Part shown: piece after piece, positions 1-10,153 of the stretch
Position numbering within the stretch: position 1 is the stretch's first letter
How the letters are laid out: each line of letters begins with the position of its first letter
NCBI GenBank assembly: GCA_029907315.1
Contig: JARYME010000004.1
Coordinates: 1 to 60,315, forward strand
Length of the DNA: 60,315 nucleotides
Origin: Armatimonadota bacterium
GTDB taxonomy: Bacteria > Armatimonadota > UBA5829
Direction: 5' to 3'
The notes under the pieces: model-generated
What the model was told of the DNA's origin: nothing
Database searches by the model: none
The model's input: the letters and a program-made list of their open reading frames with translations, nothing else
Program-made: the position numbers and the translations under genes

Positions 1-2903
1 AGGTCTTCGTCAGGCCACTCCAACGCCTGCTCGTAACTGAGCTCATACTCCTGGAACAATCTGTCTGCGGTCTGGTTGAGCTGGACCTCCAACCGCGCTA
101 TCTTGACTTCAGCCTCGTGAGCTTCGGCCGCTTTTTCGTTTCTTTGGGCAGTCAGAAGGCGGATGCGCTTGTCGACCTCAGCAGCGCATGCAACCGTGTC
201 CGCTCGGCCGGAAGTCAATTCTTTCAGCCGACGTTCAGCCGCTTCAAAGAGGCCGCGCTGAGTCGAAAGCTCAACCTCGAACGAGTCTAGCTCTTCGCGC
301 ATGCTTTCGGTTTCCGCTGTGAGAGCCTGCAATTGCTGAGTGCGATCTGCAATGGCCTTCTCCGTCTCGATTAATGTCGAATGCGAGTCCTGAAGAGCTC
401 TGCTCAACGCTTGGTTGCGCTCTGTCAACCCGGCGTAGTCAATCTTTAGCTGGGTCAGCAGCGCACGCTCCTCAGTAAGCTTGCCACGCAGAGACTGCAG
501 CCTGTGCTCAGCATCAACCAGCTCCTGATCGAGGCTCGCGTCCTGATAGCCGACGTCGGCCAGCTCAGATTTCAGCAAGAGCAACCGCTCAGACTCGACC
601 TCCAATTGAGTGTTGAGCTCAGCAACCTCCGCACGTAAAGAAACAGCCTGTTTCTCCGTCGAGGAAATGTCGCGCTCGAGGAGACTTACAAGCTTCTCCT
701 GTTCGCTCAAAGCAGCCTGCTCTGCTGCGAAAGCTTCTTGCTTGGCTCGCAGGTCCGAAACGCATTCTGAAACGCTACGCTCACATTCCGCCAATTGGGC
801 AGTCGTATCATCAGCGCGTTTCTTGAGCTCCTTGACGCTATCCTGCAGCTTTGCTATCAGCTGCTTTCTGGCAATAATACCCGCCGACTTGGTTCTAATA
901 ACGCCGCCAGTTATGGCTCCAGACGGAAGAATAAGCTCACCTTCGATGGTAACTATCTTACTCCATCCGACAGCCTGCCGTGCTATAGATAAAGCGCTAT
1001 CGATGCTTTCTGCAACCAGCACTTTCCCGAGCAGCGACACTATGGCAGGACCATACTTGGCTGGGAAACCCACAAGGTTTGAAGCTAAACCCAACAGCCC
1101 ATTCTTACCCTCTGCAGCCCCTCTTATATCTCGATCGGGGATTCGAAGCGACGCAAGCGGTAGAAAGGTTGCTCTTCCTGCTTTCTCAGCCTTCAAGAAC
1201 TCGATGGCTTTTTTGGCCTCGTCTACCGAATTAGTGATTATGTCTTGCAGACTGGCCCCCAGCGCGGTTTCTATAGCTGTCTCAAGGCCCTCCGGCACTG
1301 AGATGACGTCGGCTACGACTGCGTACTCCCCTCTGAGAATACCTTTCCGCGCAGCGGCCATCACGCTCCTGACGCCTTCAAAGAACCCTTCGTGACTCTC
1401 CGCCATTTCCTCGAGTGTAATAAGGCGCGAACTCTGCGACGCGAGCTCGCGCGATACTTGTTCGGCCTGCCCCCTAAGTTCTTCCAACCGTGCCCTATGT
1501 GCGTCGCGCTCACTTTCCAACCGGGCTATATCTTGTCGTGTCTCGTCCAACTTGCGCCGTAACTCATTCAACAGGGTAACGGCTTCGCTTCGGCGGTCCT
1601 TAGTCTCGCGAAGAACTGCTTCAATCTCCGCGAGTTGTTGATTTTTGGTATTGAGAGCTGTCTCGATCTGCTTGATGCGCTCCGTGGCGGCATCAACTGC
1701 ACTGCGCTTTTCGGCAATCTGCCGCGTGAGATCCAGATATGAGGCCTTTTGCTCTTCGGCGGCGTGAAGCATCTGATCAAGTTCCGCTTCGAGGTCCGCC
1801 ACGACTTGCGTCTTGAGGCGAACCTGTTCGGCTAAGGCCCTCGCTTCCTCAGCACTTCGTTTCTCCGCCTCCTCCAAATCGCGAATACGATCTCGAATCT
1901 GCTCCAACCTACTCTTGAGTTCCACCAACTCGCATTCGAGCCGGCTGGCGGCAGCTTCCGACGCCTTGATTCGTTCCGCCACAATTGCTTTTTGGCTTTC
2001 AAGGCGTTGGACGTTTTCGGCAATCGCCTGGACAGTGCGGCGCGCGTCCTCAAGCTCTTGCTCTGTTCTCTCAAGCATCGTCGACAGCTGGGACTTCCGA
2101 GAATCAAGTTCACGCAGCTCTTTGTCGCACTGTTCGACTTGGTCTTCAGCCTGCCTCTTCACTGCTCGTGTCTCAGAGAGCGAAGCAACCGCACGTTTGA
2201 GATCACGAATAAGGAGACCGACTTCGATGTCCCACAATCGGGTCTGCAGTTCGTTGTAGCGTTTCGCTTGCTCTGCCTGCTCAGCCAACGGCTCGAGCTG
2301 ACCGCCGATTTCAGCCATGATGTCGCACACGCGGCGCAGATTGGTCTCCGTGCGCTCTAGTTTCCGCAAAGCTTCTTCCCTGCGGTACCGGTATTTTTTG
2401 ACCCCAGCTGCCTCCTCGAAAAGCTCCCTCCTGTCTTCGGGTCTAGCGGAAAGCACCGCATCTATTTCACCCTGCCCTACTATCGAGTAAGCACCTCTGG
2501 CGCCTAAACCGGTGTCCAGAAATAGCTCGTATATATCCTTGAGCCTACATCTTGTCCGGTTTATGAAGAACTCTCCCTCTCCCGACCTATAAGCCCGACG
2601 AGTGATGGTAACTTCGTTGAAGTCCAGAGGCAATGTGCGTGAAGAGTTATCGATAGTTAGCGAGACCTCAGCCATGCCAACAGCACGCCGAGCTTCGCTA
2701 CCGTTGAATATGACGTCAACAGCGCGCTGTCCGCGCAGGTTGCGAACGTTTGACTCGCCGAGAACCCACAACAGCGCATCTACAATGTTGCTCTTGCCGC
2801 TTCCGTTGGGACCGACTATAGCCGTTATTCCTTCGCTGAACTCGATAACAGTCCTATCAGCGAATGTCTTGAAGCCGAACAACTCTAATCGTTTAACAAA
2901 CAT
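1..2903 (-). CDS. smc: Chromosome segregation ATPase SMC (partial; C-terminal part lies beyond the window start)
   Basis: Absent from the ORF track because it runs off the window edge. The reverse complement of 2881-2903 reads ATG TTT GTT AAA CGA TTA GAG (MFVKRLEL). This continues FGFKTFADRTVIEFSEGITAIVGPNGSGKSN (Walker A), then long E/L/A/R/Q coiled coil and a hinge (GRATFLPL). The reverse complement of 1-56 is still in frame (FQEYELSYEQALEWPDED). The S/A/L-rich plus-strand ORFs here are its antisense shadow. Confidence 0.9.
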   Translation of the reverse strand, partial: MFVKRLELFGFKTFADRTVIEFSEGITAIVGPNGSGKSNIVDALLWVLGESNVRNLRGQRAVDVIFNGSEARRAVGMAEVSLTIDNSSRTLPLDFNEVTITRRAYRSGEGEFFINRTRCRLKDIYELFLDTGLGARGAYSIVGQGEIDAVLSARPEDRRELFEEAAGVKKYRYRREEALRKLERTETNLRRVCDIMAEIGGQLEPLAEQAEQAKRYNELQTRLWDIEVGLLIRDLKRAVASLSETRAVKRQAEDQVEQCDKELRELDSRKSQLSTMLERTEQELEDARRTVQAIAENVQRLESQKAIVAERIKASEAAASRLECELVELKSRLEQIRDRIRDLEEAEKRSAEEARALAEQVRLKTQVVADLEAELDQMLHAAEEQKASYLDLTRQIAEKRSAVDAATERIKQIETALNTKNQQLAEIEAVLRETKDRRSEAVTLLNELRRKLDETRQDIARLESERDAHRARLEELRGQAEQVSRELASQSSRLITLEEMAESHEGFFEGVRSVMAAARKGILRGEYAVVADVISVPEGLETAIETALGASLQDIITNSVDEAKKAIEFLKAEKAGRATFLPLASLRIPDRDIRGAAEGKNGLLGLASNLVGFPAKYGPAIVSLLGKVLVAESIDSALSIARQAVGWSKIVTIEGELILPSGAITGGVIRTKSAGIIARKQLIAKLQDSVKELKKRADDTTAQLAECERSVSECVSDLRAKQEAFAAEQAALSEQEKLVSLLERDISSTEKQAVSLRAEVAELNTQLEVESERLLLLKSELADVGYQDASLDQELVDAEHRLQSLRGKLTEERALLTQLKIDYAGLTERNQALSRALQDSHSTLIETEKAIADRTQQLQALTAETESMREELDSFEVELSTQRGLFEAAERRLKELTSGRADTVACAAEVDKRIRLLTAQRNEKAAEAHEAEVKIARLEVQLNQTADRLFQEYELSYEQALEWPDED

Positions 2904-3042
2904 CTCTCACGTCGCCGGTCCTATAACTCACCCCAAAGCCACAAAAAGCATGCCCTACTTCCTTCCAAGTTACTGCCATGCCGGAAATGCTTTGTAATCC
3001 TGCTTTTGTTGTCAGGCTTTTCACAACAGTAGTAAGCTCGCA

Positions 3043-3070
3043 TTGGTGTGAGGCCCACCTCTCACACCAA
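3043..3070. other. Perfect 10-bp inverted repeat hairpin (ttggtgtgag / ctcacaccaa, 8-nt loop) between the rseP stop and the smc start
   Basis: Read directly. There is no U-run on the 3' side for the minus-strand transcript, so this is not a canonical terminator. Confidence 0.4.
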
Positions 3071-3114
3071 AAATGATACTCATACTAACGAACTTGGCAA
3101 ATTAAGTTATTATC

Positions 3115-4704
3115 CTACTGCGGCACCAAGCCTTGAATTATCCTGAAGACGTCCAGATAGACAACCAGAACGATCAATATGATAATGGTTGTAAATCCGG
3201 CCAGCGTAAAAGCCTGAACCTGCTCCGGACTCAACCTCTTGCGCCGAATTGCTTCGACAAGCAACATAACAAGTAAGCCTCCGTCAAGCACGGGTATCGG
3301 GACAAGGTTAATGAAGGCGAGGCTCAAGCTCAGCATAGCCGCCATGTCTACAACGTAGTATGCACCGAGACGAACCGACGAGGCAGTCACTTTGGCTATC
3401 ATCACGGGACCGCCAACGTCCTGAGCCACACGCTTGCTTGTCAAAACTCGAGCGAGGTAAACCGTCCGCCCCCAGAACTCTTTAAGGCCCCGCAGTATCG
3501 ACTCACCAAAGCCGGCCTTCTCAAGCGTAGGCGCCGGCATAAACCCAAGCAAACCAACCGCGTCACAGTAGCCTGAACGAATCGATCTCAACTCCTGCGG
3601 GGAGACCCAAAGCGAAACACGGTCAGACGTTTCTGCTTTGCTCACAATCAACCGGATTCGCCGACCCTCTGCTGCCTTCGTATCCAGCAACTTGAGCAGC
3701 TGCTCTCCAGATGTCACTCTTATGCCCGCGACATTTAACAGACGGTCCCCGGGTTCGAGACCAGCTCGCCCAGCTGGAGAAGTGGGATCAATACTATGCC
3801 CGTCGGTGCCAGCCTCAACGAACGCGCCGGGGAAACTCCACTTCACGCCAGCAAACGTTATCCATTGAATGTCGGGCTTGACGGTCAAACTCAATCGGCG
3901 CCCTTCACGAATCAATACAAGATTTGTCGCCCGCGGACCGGCTTCATTGATCGCCTCCACCATAGCCCTGCCGCCATAGACGGGACGCCCGTTCAACGAA
4001 AGCAGAATATCCTCAACTTGGATGCCGCGTCTTTTCGCCTCGCTGCCATCTTGCACGCTTTCGACTTGTGCCCTTTCGGCAAGCATAAATGACCATGTAG
4101 CCCCCAAATAGGTGACCACCCATTGCGGCGTGGCCTCCTTGACAAGTCGTCTGCCGTCGCGTTGTATCACAAGCCGCAGTTTGCGGCCGGGCCGATCGTG
4201 AATGTAGTCCGTCATATCCCTGCCCCTGCGGATGACCAGATTGTCGATCCGGATTATTCGGTCGCCGGCTCGAAGACCTATTCGCTGCGCCTCAGTCTTC
4301 GGATACACTTGACCGACCCGATTCTCAGGTAAGTTAAGGTTCGGAAATCCCCAGTAGACACCAACGAAAATCATAGCAATCACAGCCAGAAGAAAACTCA
4401 TCAGAGGACCGGCCGCAACCACTAAAGCTCGGGTTCTAACCGGCTGCGCCTGAAAACCGTCCTTAATGTCTTCTTGACCCGGCTCCATCCCGGCAAGCTT
4501 GACGAAACCGCCCAAGGGCAGCAGATGAACTGTGTACTCTGTGCCGCTCCTGCGGAACAAGGTGACCAACCGCGGACCCCAACCAAAGCCGAACTCTTCC
4601 ACGCGTATACCGGACAGCTTGGCAGCAAGAAAATGGCCCAGCTCGTGGAATAAAACAAGAGTTCCAAATATTAGAATCAAAGCAATTGTCGTCTCAACAA
4701 CCAA
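3115..4704 (-). CDS. rseP: RIP site-2 zinc metalloprotease RseP/YaeL family with three PDZ-like repeats
   Basis: HELGH zinc motif at residues 20-24. C-terminal NLVPIPVLDGG motif. Three PDZ-like segments (LRAGDRIIRIDN, IQVEDILLSLNG, LEPGDRLLNVAG). TTG start with a GAGGGA RBS. Sits in the canonical dxr-rseP position. Confidence 0.85.
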   Translation of the reverse strand: MVVETTIALILIFGTLVLFHELGHFLAAKLSGIRVEEFGFGWGPRLVTLFRRSGTEYTVHLLPLGGFVKLAGMEPGQEDIKDGFQAQPVRTRALVVAAGPLMSFLLAVIAMIFVGVYWGFPNLNLPENRVGQVYPKTEAQRIGLRAGDRIIRIDNLVIRRGRDMTDYIHDRPGRKLRLVIQRDGRRLVKEATPQWVVTYLGATWSFMLAERAQVESVQDGSEAKRRGIQVEDILLSLNGRPVYGGRAMVEAINEAGPRATNLVLIREGRRLSLTVKPDIQWITFAGVKWSFPGAFVEAGTDGHSIDPTSPAGRAGLEPGDRLLNVAGIRVTSGEQLLKLLDTKAAEGRRIRLIVSKAETSDRVSLWVSPQELRSIRSGYCDAVGLLGFMPAPTLEKAGFGESILRGLKEFWGRTVYLARVLTSKRVAQDVGGPVMIAKVTASSVRLGAYYVVDMAAMLSLSLAFINLVPIPVLDGGLLVMLLVEAIRRKRLSPEQVQAFTLAGFTTIIILIVLVVYLDVFRIIQGLVPQ

Positions 4705-4739
4705 CTCTGGTCCCTCAAAAGAAGCCTATTCTTTTGGCC

Positions 4740-5900
4740 TCAGCTTGCACCGTATCGCGCGCGTATGCGACGGCGGGTTTCCCAGTCGACAGCGTATATC
4801 TCGTCCAACGACGGCTGGGCAATAGGTGTATGTGCCTCCATTTCCTCTCGAATTATACGCGGAATATCGAGAAATCCAATCTTCCGGGCCAAAAAGAGTT
4901 CAACTGCCACCTCGTCCGCGGCGTTCATCACCGCGCAAAGCGATCCGCCGGACTCTGCAGCCTGCCTAGCCAGGTCCAGGCACTCAAAACGTCCTGGCTC
5001 CACCTTGTGAAATGTCAGCGAACCGATCTCAGTAATGTCCATTCTGGGTAGGCCGGAATCGATGCGGTCCGGGTACAACAACGCGTATTGAATGGGTAAG
5101 CGCATATCCGGCAGACCCAGCTGAGCTATGGTGGACCCATCACAAAAGCGAACCATTGAGTGAACAATGCTTTGTGGATGGATCACCACCTCGATCTGGC
5201 CTGGGTCGACTCCGAATAACCACTTGGCTTCTATGATCTCGAGGCCTTTGTTCATAAGGGTGGCGGAATCCACAGTGACTTTGCGGCCCATTTTCCAAGT
5301 CGGATGGGCAAGCGCTTGCTCGGGCGTTACACGCGCCATTTCGTCCTTTGAAGCATCACGGAATGGGCCGCCAGACGCCGTTAGTATTATGCGTTCGATT
5401 TTTGACCAGTCCTCGCCATTCAAACATTGGAATATGGCGGAGTGCTCGCTGTCAATTGGGAGCATTCGCACCCCCTGTCTACGAGCTGCTTCAGTTACGA
5501 TATGGCCGGCAGCGACAAGCACCTCCTTGCTCGCCAGGGCAATGTCCTTGCCGCACTCAATTGCCTTGAGAGTAGGTGCCAGCCCTGGCGTGCCCGCGAC
5601 CGACACTACAACCCTGTCGACGTCGGGCAGGGATGCGATTTCCTCCATACCTGTCTGGCCCGCAGTCACCTGGATTCCAAACCCGGACAAGCTCTCCGCG
5701 ACTGTCTTGTACAAGTCCTCGTCGCAGATACACACCGCTTTGGGCAAGAGCTCTCTGGCTTGCTGTATCAACAGCTCAGCGTTTGACTGCGCGCTGAGGC
5801 CCACAATGCGAACCGTATCGTTTCCAAGACGACGCGCTACGTCCAGAACCTGTGTCCCGATAGAACCTGTAGAACCCAGCACTGAGATGAATACGGGCAT
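4740..5900 (-). CDS. dxr: 1-deoxy-D-xylulose-5-phosphate reductoisomerase
   Basis: N-terminal ISVLGSTGSIGTQ NADPH-binding motif. 386 aa overall and Dxr-like throughout. Conserved neighbourhood. Confidence 0.95.
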   Translation of the reverse strand: MPVFISVLGSTGSIGTQVLDVARRLGNDTVRIVGLSAQSNAELLIQQARELLPKAVCICDEDLYKTVAESLSGFGIQVTAGQTGMEEIASLPDVDRVVVSVAGTPGLAPTLKAIECGKDIALASKEVLVAAGHIVTEAARRQGVRMLPIDSEHSAIFQCLNGEDWSKIERIILTASGGPFRDASKDEMARVTPEQALAHPTWKMGRKVTVDSATLMNKGLEIIEAKWLFGVDPGQIEVVIHPQSIVHSMVRFCDGSTIAQLGLPDMRLPIQYALLYPDRIDSGLPRMDITEIGSLTFHKVEPGRFECLDLARQAAESGGSLCAVMNAADEVAVELFLARKIGFLDIPRIIREEMEAHTPIAQPSLDEIYAVDWETRRRIRARYGAS

Positions 5901-5902
5901 AA

Positions 5903-6664
5903 CTAGGCTTGCTCCACTACGGCACCGAACTTTCGCGTTCGCCGTTGGTAGTCCTTAATCGCCGCCACCAAATCCTCACGGGAGAAATCGGGCCAGAGAG
6001 TTTGGGTCACGTAGAATTCGGTGTATGCAGACTGCCAAAGAAGAAAATTGCTAATTCTCATTTCTCCCGCGGTGCGAATGAGAAGATCCGGATCGGGAAG
6101 TTCTGGATGATACATCAAACTGGAGAGCAGATCCTCGTCTATCTGAGCAGGCTCAATTTCACCTCGCTGAACCATCTCAGCAGCTCGCCGAGCGGCATCT
6201 ACGATTTCCACTCGGCCGCCGTAGTTCACGGCTATGTTAAGTATGATCCGAGAGTTGCCAGCCGTCGCTTTAATATCCTCGTCGAGTTGTTTCTGGACCG
6301 ACTTCGGCAACTCGTGCATTCGGCCGCTGACTATTATGCGGACTCCCTGACGTTTCATTTCATCAAGCTCGGCGCGAGCCGCGTACCTTATCAGACGCAT
6401 CAAGCCGCTAACTTCGGCCTTCGGACGCCGCCAGTTCTCAGACGAGAATGTGTACGCAGTAAGCACCTTAACGTTCAGCTCCGCCGCCGCTATTACCACT
6501 GATTTCAAAGTTTTGTAGCCCTGCCTATGGCCTTCCAATCTCGGCAGGCCACGACGCCTTGCCCATCTGCCATTACCGTCCATTATCACCGCGATGTGCT
6601 GTGGAATCCGCTGCGGGTCAAGTTCTTCCATGGGTTGCATTCTCCGCTTGCGATCAAGCTCCAC
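5903..6664 (-). CDS. uppS: Undecaprenyl diphosphate synthase (cis-prenyltransferase)
   Basis: HIAVIMDGNGRWA motif and a C-terminal RRFG-like ending. The start may be an internal Met. Confidence 0.9.
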   Translation of the reverse strand: MELDRKRRMQPMEELDPQRIPQHIAVIMDGNGRWARRRGLPRLEGHRQGYKTLKSVVIAAAELNVKVLTAYTFSSENWRRPKAEVSGLMRLIRYAARAELDEMKRQGVRIIVSGRMHELPKSVQKQLDEDIKATAGNSRIILNIAVNYGGRVEIVDAARRAAEMVQRGEIEPAQIDEDLLSSLMYHPELPDPDLLIRTAGEMRISNFLLWQSAYTEFYVTQTLWPDFSREDLVAAIKDYQRRTRKFGAVVEQA

Positions 6665-6748
6665 CGAATAAACGCAAAACAGAGGACAGAGGACTTAGTG
6701 AACCAGCCCTCGCTGCCCCCTGTTCATATAGACACGCTGGCACAGCGT

Positions 6749-7300
6749 TCAGACTTCTCTGAGTTCCGCTTCCTTTGCCTGAGTGAGCTTGTCGATTTCA
6801 GCGATGTATTTGTCGGTCAGCTTCTGTATCTTTTCCTGTTCTTCTTTCAGGTCGTCCTCGGTAATTTCGGATTTCTTCTGTTGAGCTTTCAACCGTTCGT
6901 TGGCGTCGCGCCTGATATTTCGTATTGCGACTCGATGCTCCTCCGCCTTCTTGTGCAGGAGTTTGATAAGCTCTTTCCTGCGCTCCTCAGTCAGCGGGGG
7001 AACGTTCAAGCGTATAACATTGCCGTCACTCATCGGGGTAAGGCCGATGTCAGACGCCTGTATAGCTTTCATTATTGAGTTGATAGCATTCCTGTCCCAC
7101 GGGGTCACAAGAAGCTGCCGCGGCTCGGGCACTGAGATCCCAGCCAACTGCACCAAAGGCGTCGGTGTTCCGTAGTAATCGACTTTGATACCTTCCAATA
7201 TGGCTGGGTTTGCTCGGCCCGTGCGTATACCCGCAAAGTCGTGGCTGGCCACCTCTACGGCCTTCCGCATTCGCTGCTCAGCATCTTCGGTTACTTCCAT
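6749..7300 (-). CDS. frr: Ribosome recycling factor
   Basis: 183 aa with typical Frr sequence ([19 protein letters not shown]...) and position between pyrH and uppS. Confidence 0.95.
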   Translation of the reverse strand: MEVTEDAEQRMRKAVEVASHDFAGIRTGRANPAILEGIKVDYYGTPTPLVQLAGISVPEPRQLLVTPWDRNAINSIMKAIQASDIGLTPMSDGNVIRLNVPPLTEERRKELIKLLHKKAEEHRVAIRNIRRDANERLKAQQKKSEITEDDLKEEQEKIQKLTDKYIAEIDKLTQAKEAELREV

Positions 7301-7325
7301 GCCCCTATCCCCCTGTCGAATAGCA

Positions 7326-8661
<1,336 letters not shown>

Positions 8662-8665
8662 TGTA

Positions 8666-9568
8666 TTACTCTTCCTCCGCAAGTTCGTCGAACTCAGCAA
8701 ATTCCTCTTCTTCGAGCGAGACATCACTGAGATCTTCCTTTTCGGCCTCGCCCTCGTCTTCAGCAAAGTCTTCCTCGAATTCTTCCTCGGCGGCCTCTTC
8801 CTCCCGTTCGGCCTCGGCACCCTCAGCCGCAGAAACTTCGCCCTCTGCCGGCGGTTTAACCTCCAAAATGGCTTCGGCAATCTTGCTAGAAATCAGCTTT
8901 ATAGCCCTTATAGCATCGTCATTGCCCGGGATTACGTAGTCAACCTCGTCCGGATCGCAGTTCGTATCCACAATCGCAACTACAGGAATCTCCAGTTTCC
9001 TTGCTTCGAGCAGGGCTATTCTCTCCTTCTTGAGGTCCACTATAAACACGGCAGACGGCAACCCGGGCATGTCTTTTATGCCGCCGAGGAATCGCTCGAG
9101 CTTTTCCCTTTCTTCGCGGAGTCTGGCGGCCTCCTTCTTGGTAAGCTGATCAAGCGTGCCGTCCTCTTCCATCTTCTCGAGCTCGCGCAAGCGCTGGATA
9201 CGAGTTTGAATTGTGCGGTAGTTGGTCAGCATCCCGCCCAGCCAGCGCTGGTTGACATAGTACATCCCGCACTGCTTTGCCGCGGACTCGATGGCTTCCT
9301 GGGCCTGCTTTTTCGTGCCTACGAAAAGCACGTGCCCACCTGAGGCTACAACGTCCTGAATGAACTTGCAAGCCTCGTCGAAAAGTTTCAGCGTCTGGTG
9401 AAGATCGATAATGTAAATGCCATTGCGACCCCCGTAGATATACCGTTTCATCTTGGGGTTCCAACGGTGAGTCCGGTGTCCGAAATGGACGCCGGCCTCC
9501 AGAAGTTCCTTCATCGTTACAGAAGCCAAAGTCGCATCCTCCTTGCAGGTTTTTTCTTCCCGCTCCAT
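8666..9568 (-). CDS. rpsB: 30S ribosomal protein S2 with an acidic C-terminal extension
   Basis: [22 protein letters not shown] core. The start is either 9568 or the internal Met at 9514. The last ~55 residues are E/D/A rich. Confidence 0.9.
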   Translation of the reverse strand: MEREEKTCKEDATLASVTMKELLEAGVHFGHRTHRWNPKMKRYIYGGRNGIYIIDLHQTLKLFDEACKFIQDVVASGGHVLFVGTKKQAQEAIESAAKQCGMYYVNQRWLGGMLTNYRTIQTRIQRLRELEKMEEDGTLDQLTKKEAARLREEREKLERFLGGIKDMPGLPSAVFIVDLKKERIALLEARKLEIPVVAIVDTNCDPDEVDYVIPGNDDAIRAIKLISSKIAEAILEVKPPAEGEVSAAEGAEAEREEEAAEEEFEEDFAEDEGEAEKEDLSDVSLEEEEFAEFDELAEEE

Positions 9569-9644
9569 CGGCCCAAGGATCAGATCTCCTTGCAGGAGAC
9601 ACCTGCGCCTCAGTCAGGAACGGTGTATAGTTGCAAACTGCTAA

Positions 9645-9674
9645 ATCATAACATAGGCTTTCACACCTCGTCAA
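9645..9674 (-). promoter_or_regulatory. Sigma-70-type promoter for rpsB-tsf (TTGACG-18-TATGAT on the minus strand)
   Basis: The reverse complement of 9645-9674 reads ttgacg aggtgtgaaagcctatgt tatgat, about 75 nt upstream of the rpsB start. Confidence 0.5.
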
Positions 9675-9797
9675 TCTAGAAGAACCCAGCCCCACCCTCC
9701 CGCCGGGGTCATGGAGTTGATGGTCCGCGCATAAGACTGCGCACAAAGGCACGCCGTATGCTAGCAATCGCCGGTAATTTGCTGTATGCTGTAATAT

Positions 9798-10073
9798 GTG
9801 GCCGTGCTAGACGGGGAGCTAGCGGTGCCCTGTAACCCGCAATCCGCTACAGCGGGGTCGAACTCCTGCCCGAGGTCCAGTCGCTTGAGGAGAGTACTGC
9901 AACGGACGGCGTTGATAGTCGGGCCCTGCGCAATGCTCAGCGCGTGAACCCCGTCAGGTCCGGGAGGAAGCAGCGGTAAACGCGTCTGGGCATGTGCCGC
10001 AGAGTGTTCCGGCTGGAGCCGGGCGTTGCAGCGACCCTTGGGCGATTGAGATCGGAGGCAGGTGCACGGCCAC
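9798..10073 (+). ncRNA. ffs: Signal recognition particle RNA, large (Bacillus-type, with Alu domain)
   Basis: 5' GUGGCCGUGCUAGACGGGGAGCUAGCGGUGCCCUGUAACCCGCAAUCCGCU closely parallels the B. subtilis scRNA Alu domain as I recall it. Domain IV motif GUCAGGUCCGGGAGGAAGCAGC at ~9954-9975, with the opposing CAUGUGCCGCAGAG. The 5' gtggccgtgc pairs with the 3' gcacggccac. Sits in the classic position just upstream of dnaX. Ends are +/-5 nt. Confidence 0.8.
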
Positions 10074-10153
10074 AAAGTCAGGACTGTTTCAGGATTTAGC
10101 AATCGCACGCAGGGTTATTTCCAAGTCTCGCACCGACAGATCAGGCTGCCTTA

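Noticed and set aside
610-2997. Several plus-strand ORFs (610..1395, 1813..2259, 1992..2360, 2602..2997) in the first 3 kb
   Set aside because: All are S/A/L/R-rich antisense shadows of the smc coiled coil. The minus-strand frame reads as a continuous, textbook SMC from the ATG at 2903 to the window edge.
8662-8880. N-terminal 73-codon extension of the tsf track ORF ([16 protein letters not shown]...)
   Set aside because: It lies entirely inside the rpsB acidic tail in another frame. The canonical EF-Ts N-terminus begins at the ATG at 8661, 5 nt after the rpsB stop.
9150-9767. 205-aa minus-strand ORF overlapping rpsB
   Set aside because: It is out of frame with a clear S2 coding sequence, and its composition is R/G/P-rich and typical of an off-frame read.
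9761-10108. 115-aa minus-strand ORF upstream of dnaX
   Set aside because: It overlaps the SRP RNA gene, which explains the conservation-like structure of the region. The translation has no protein-like features.
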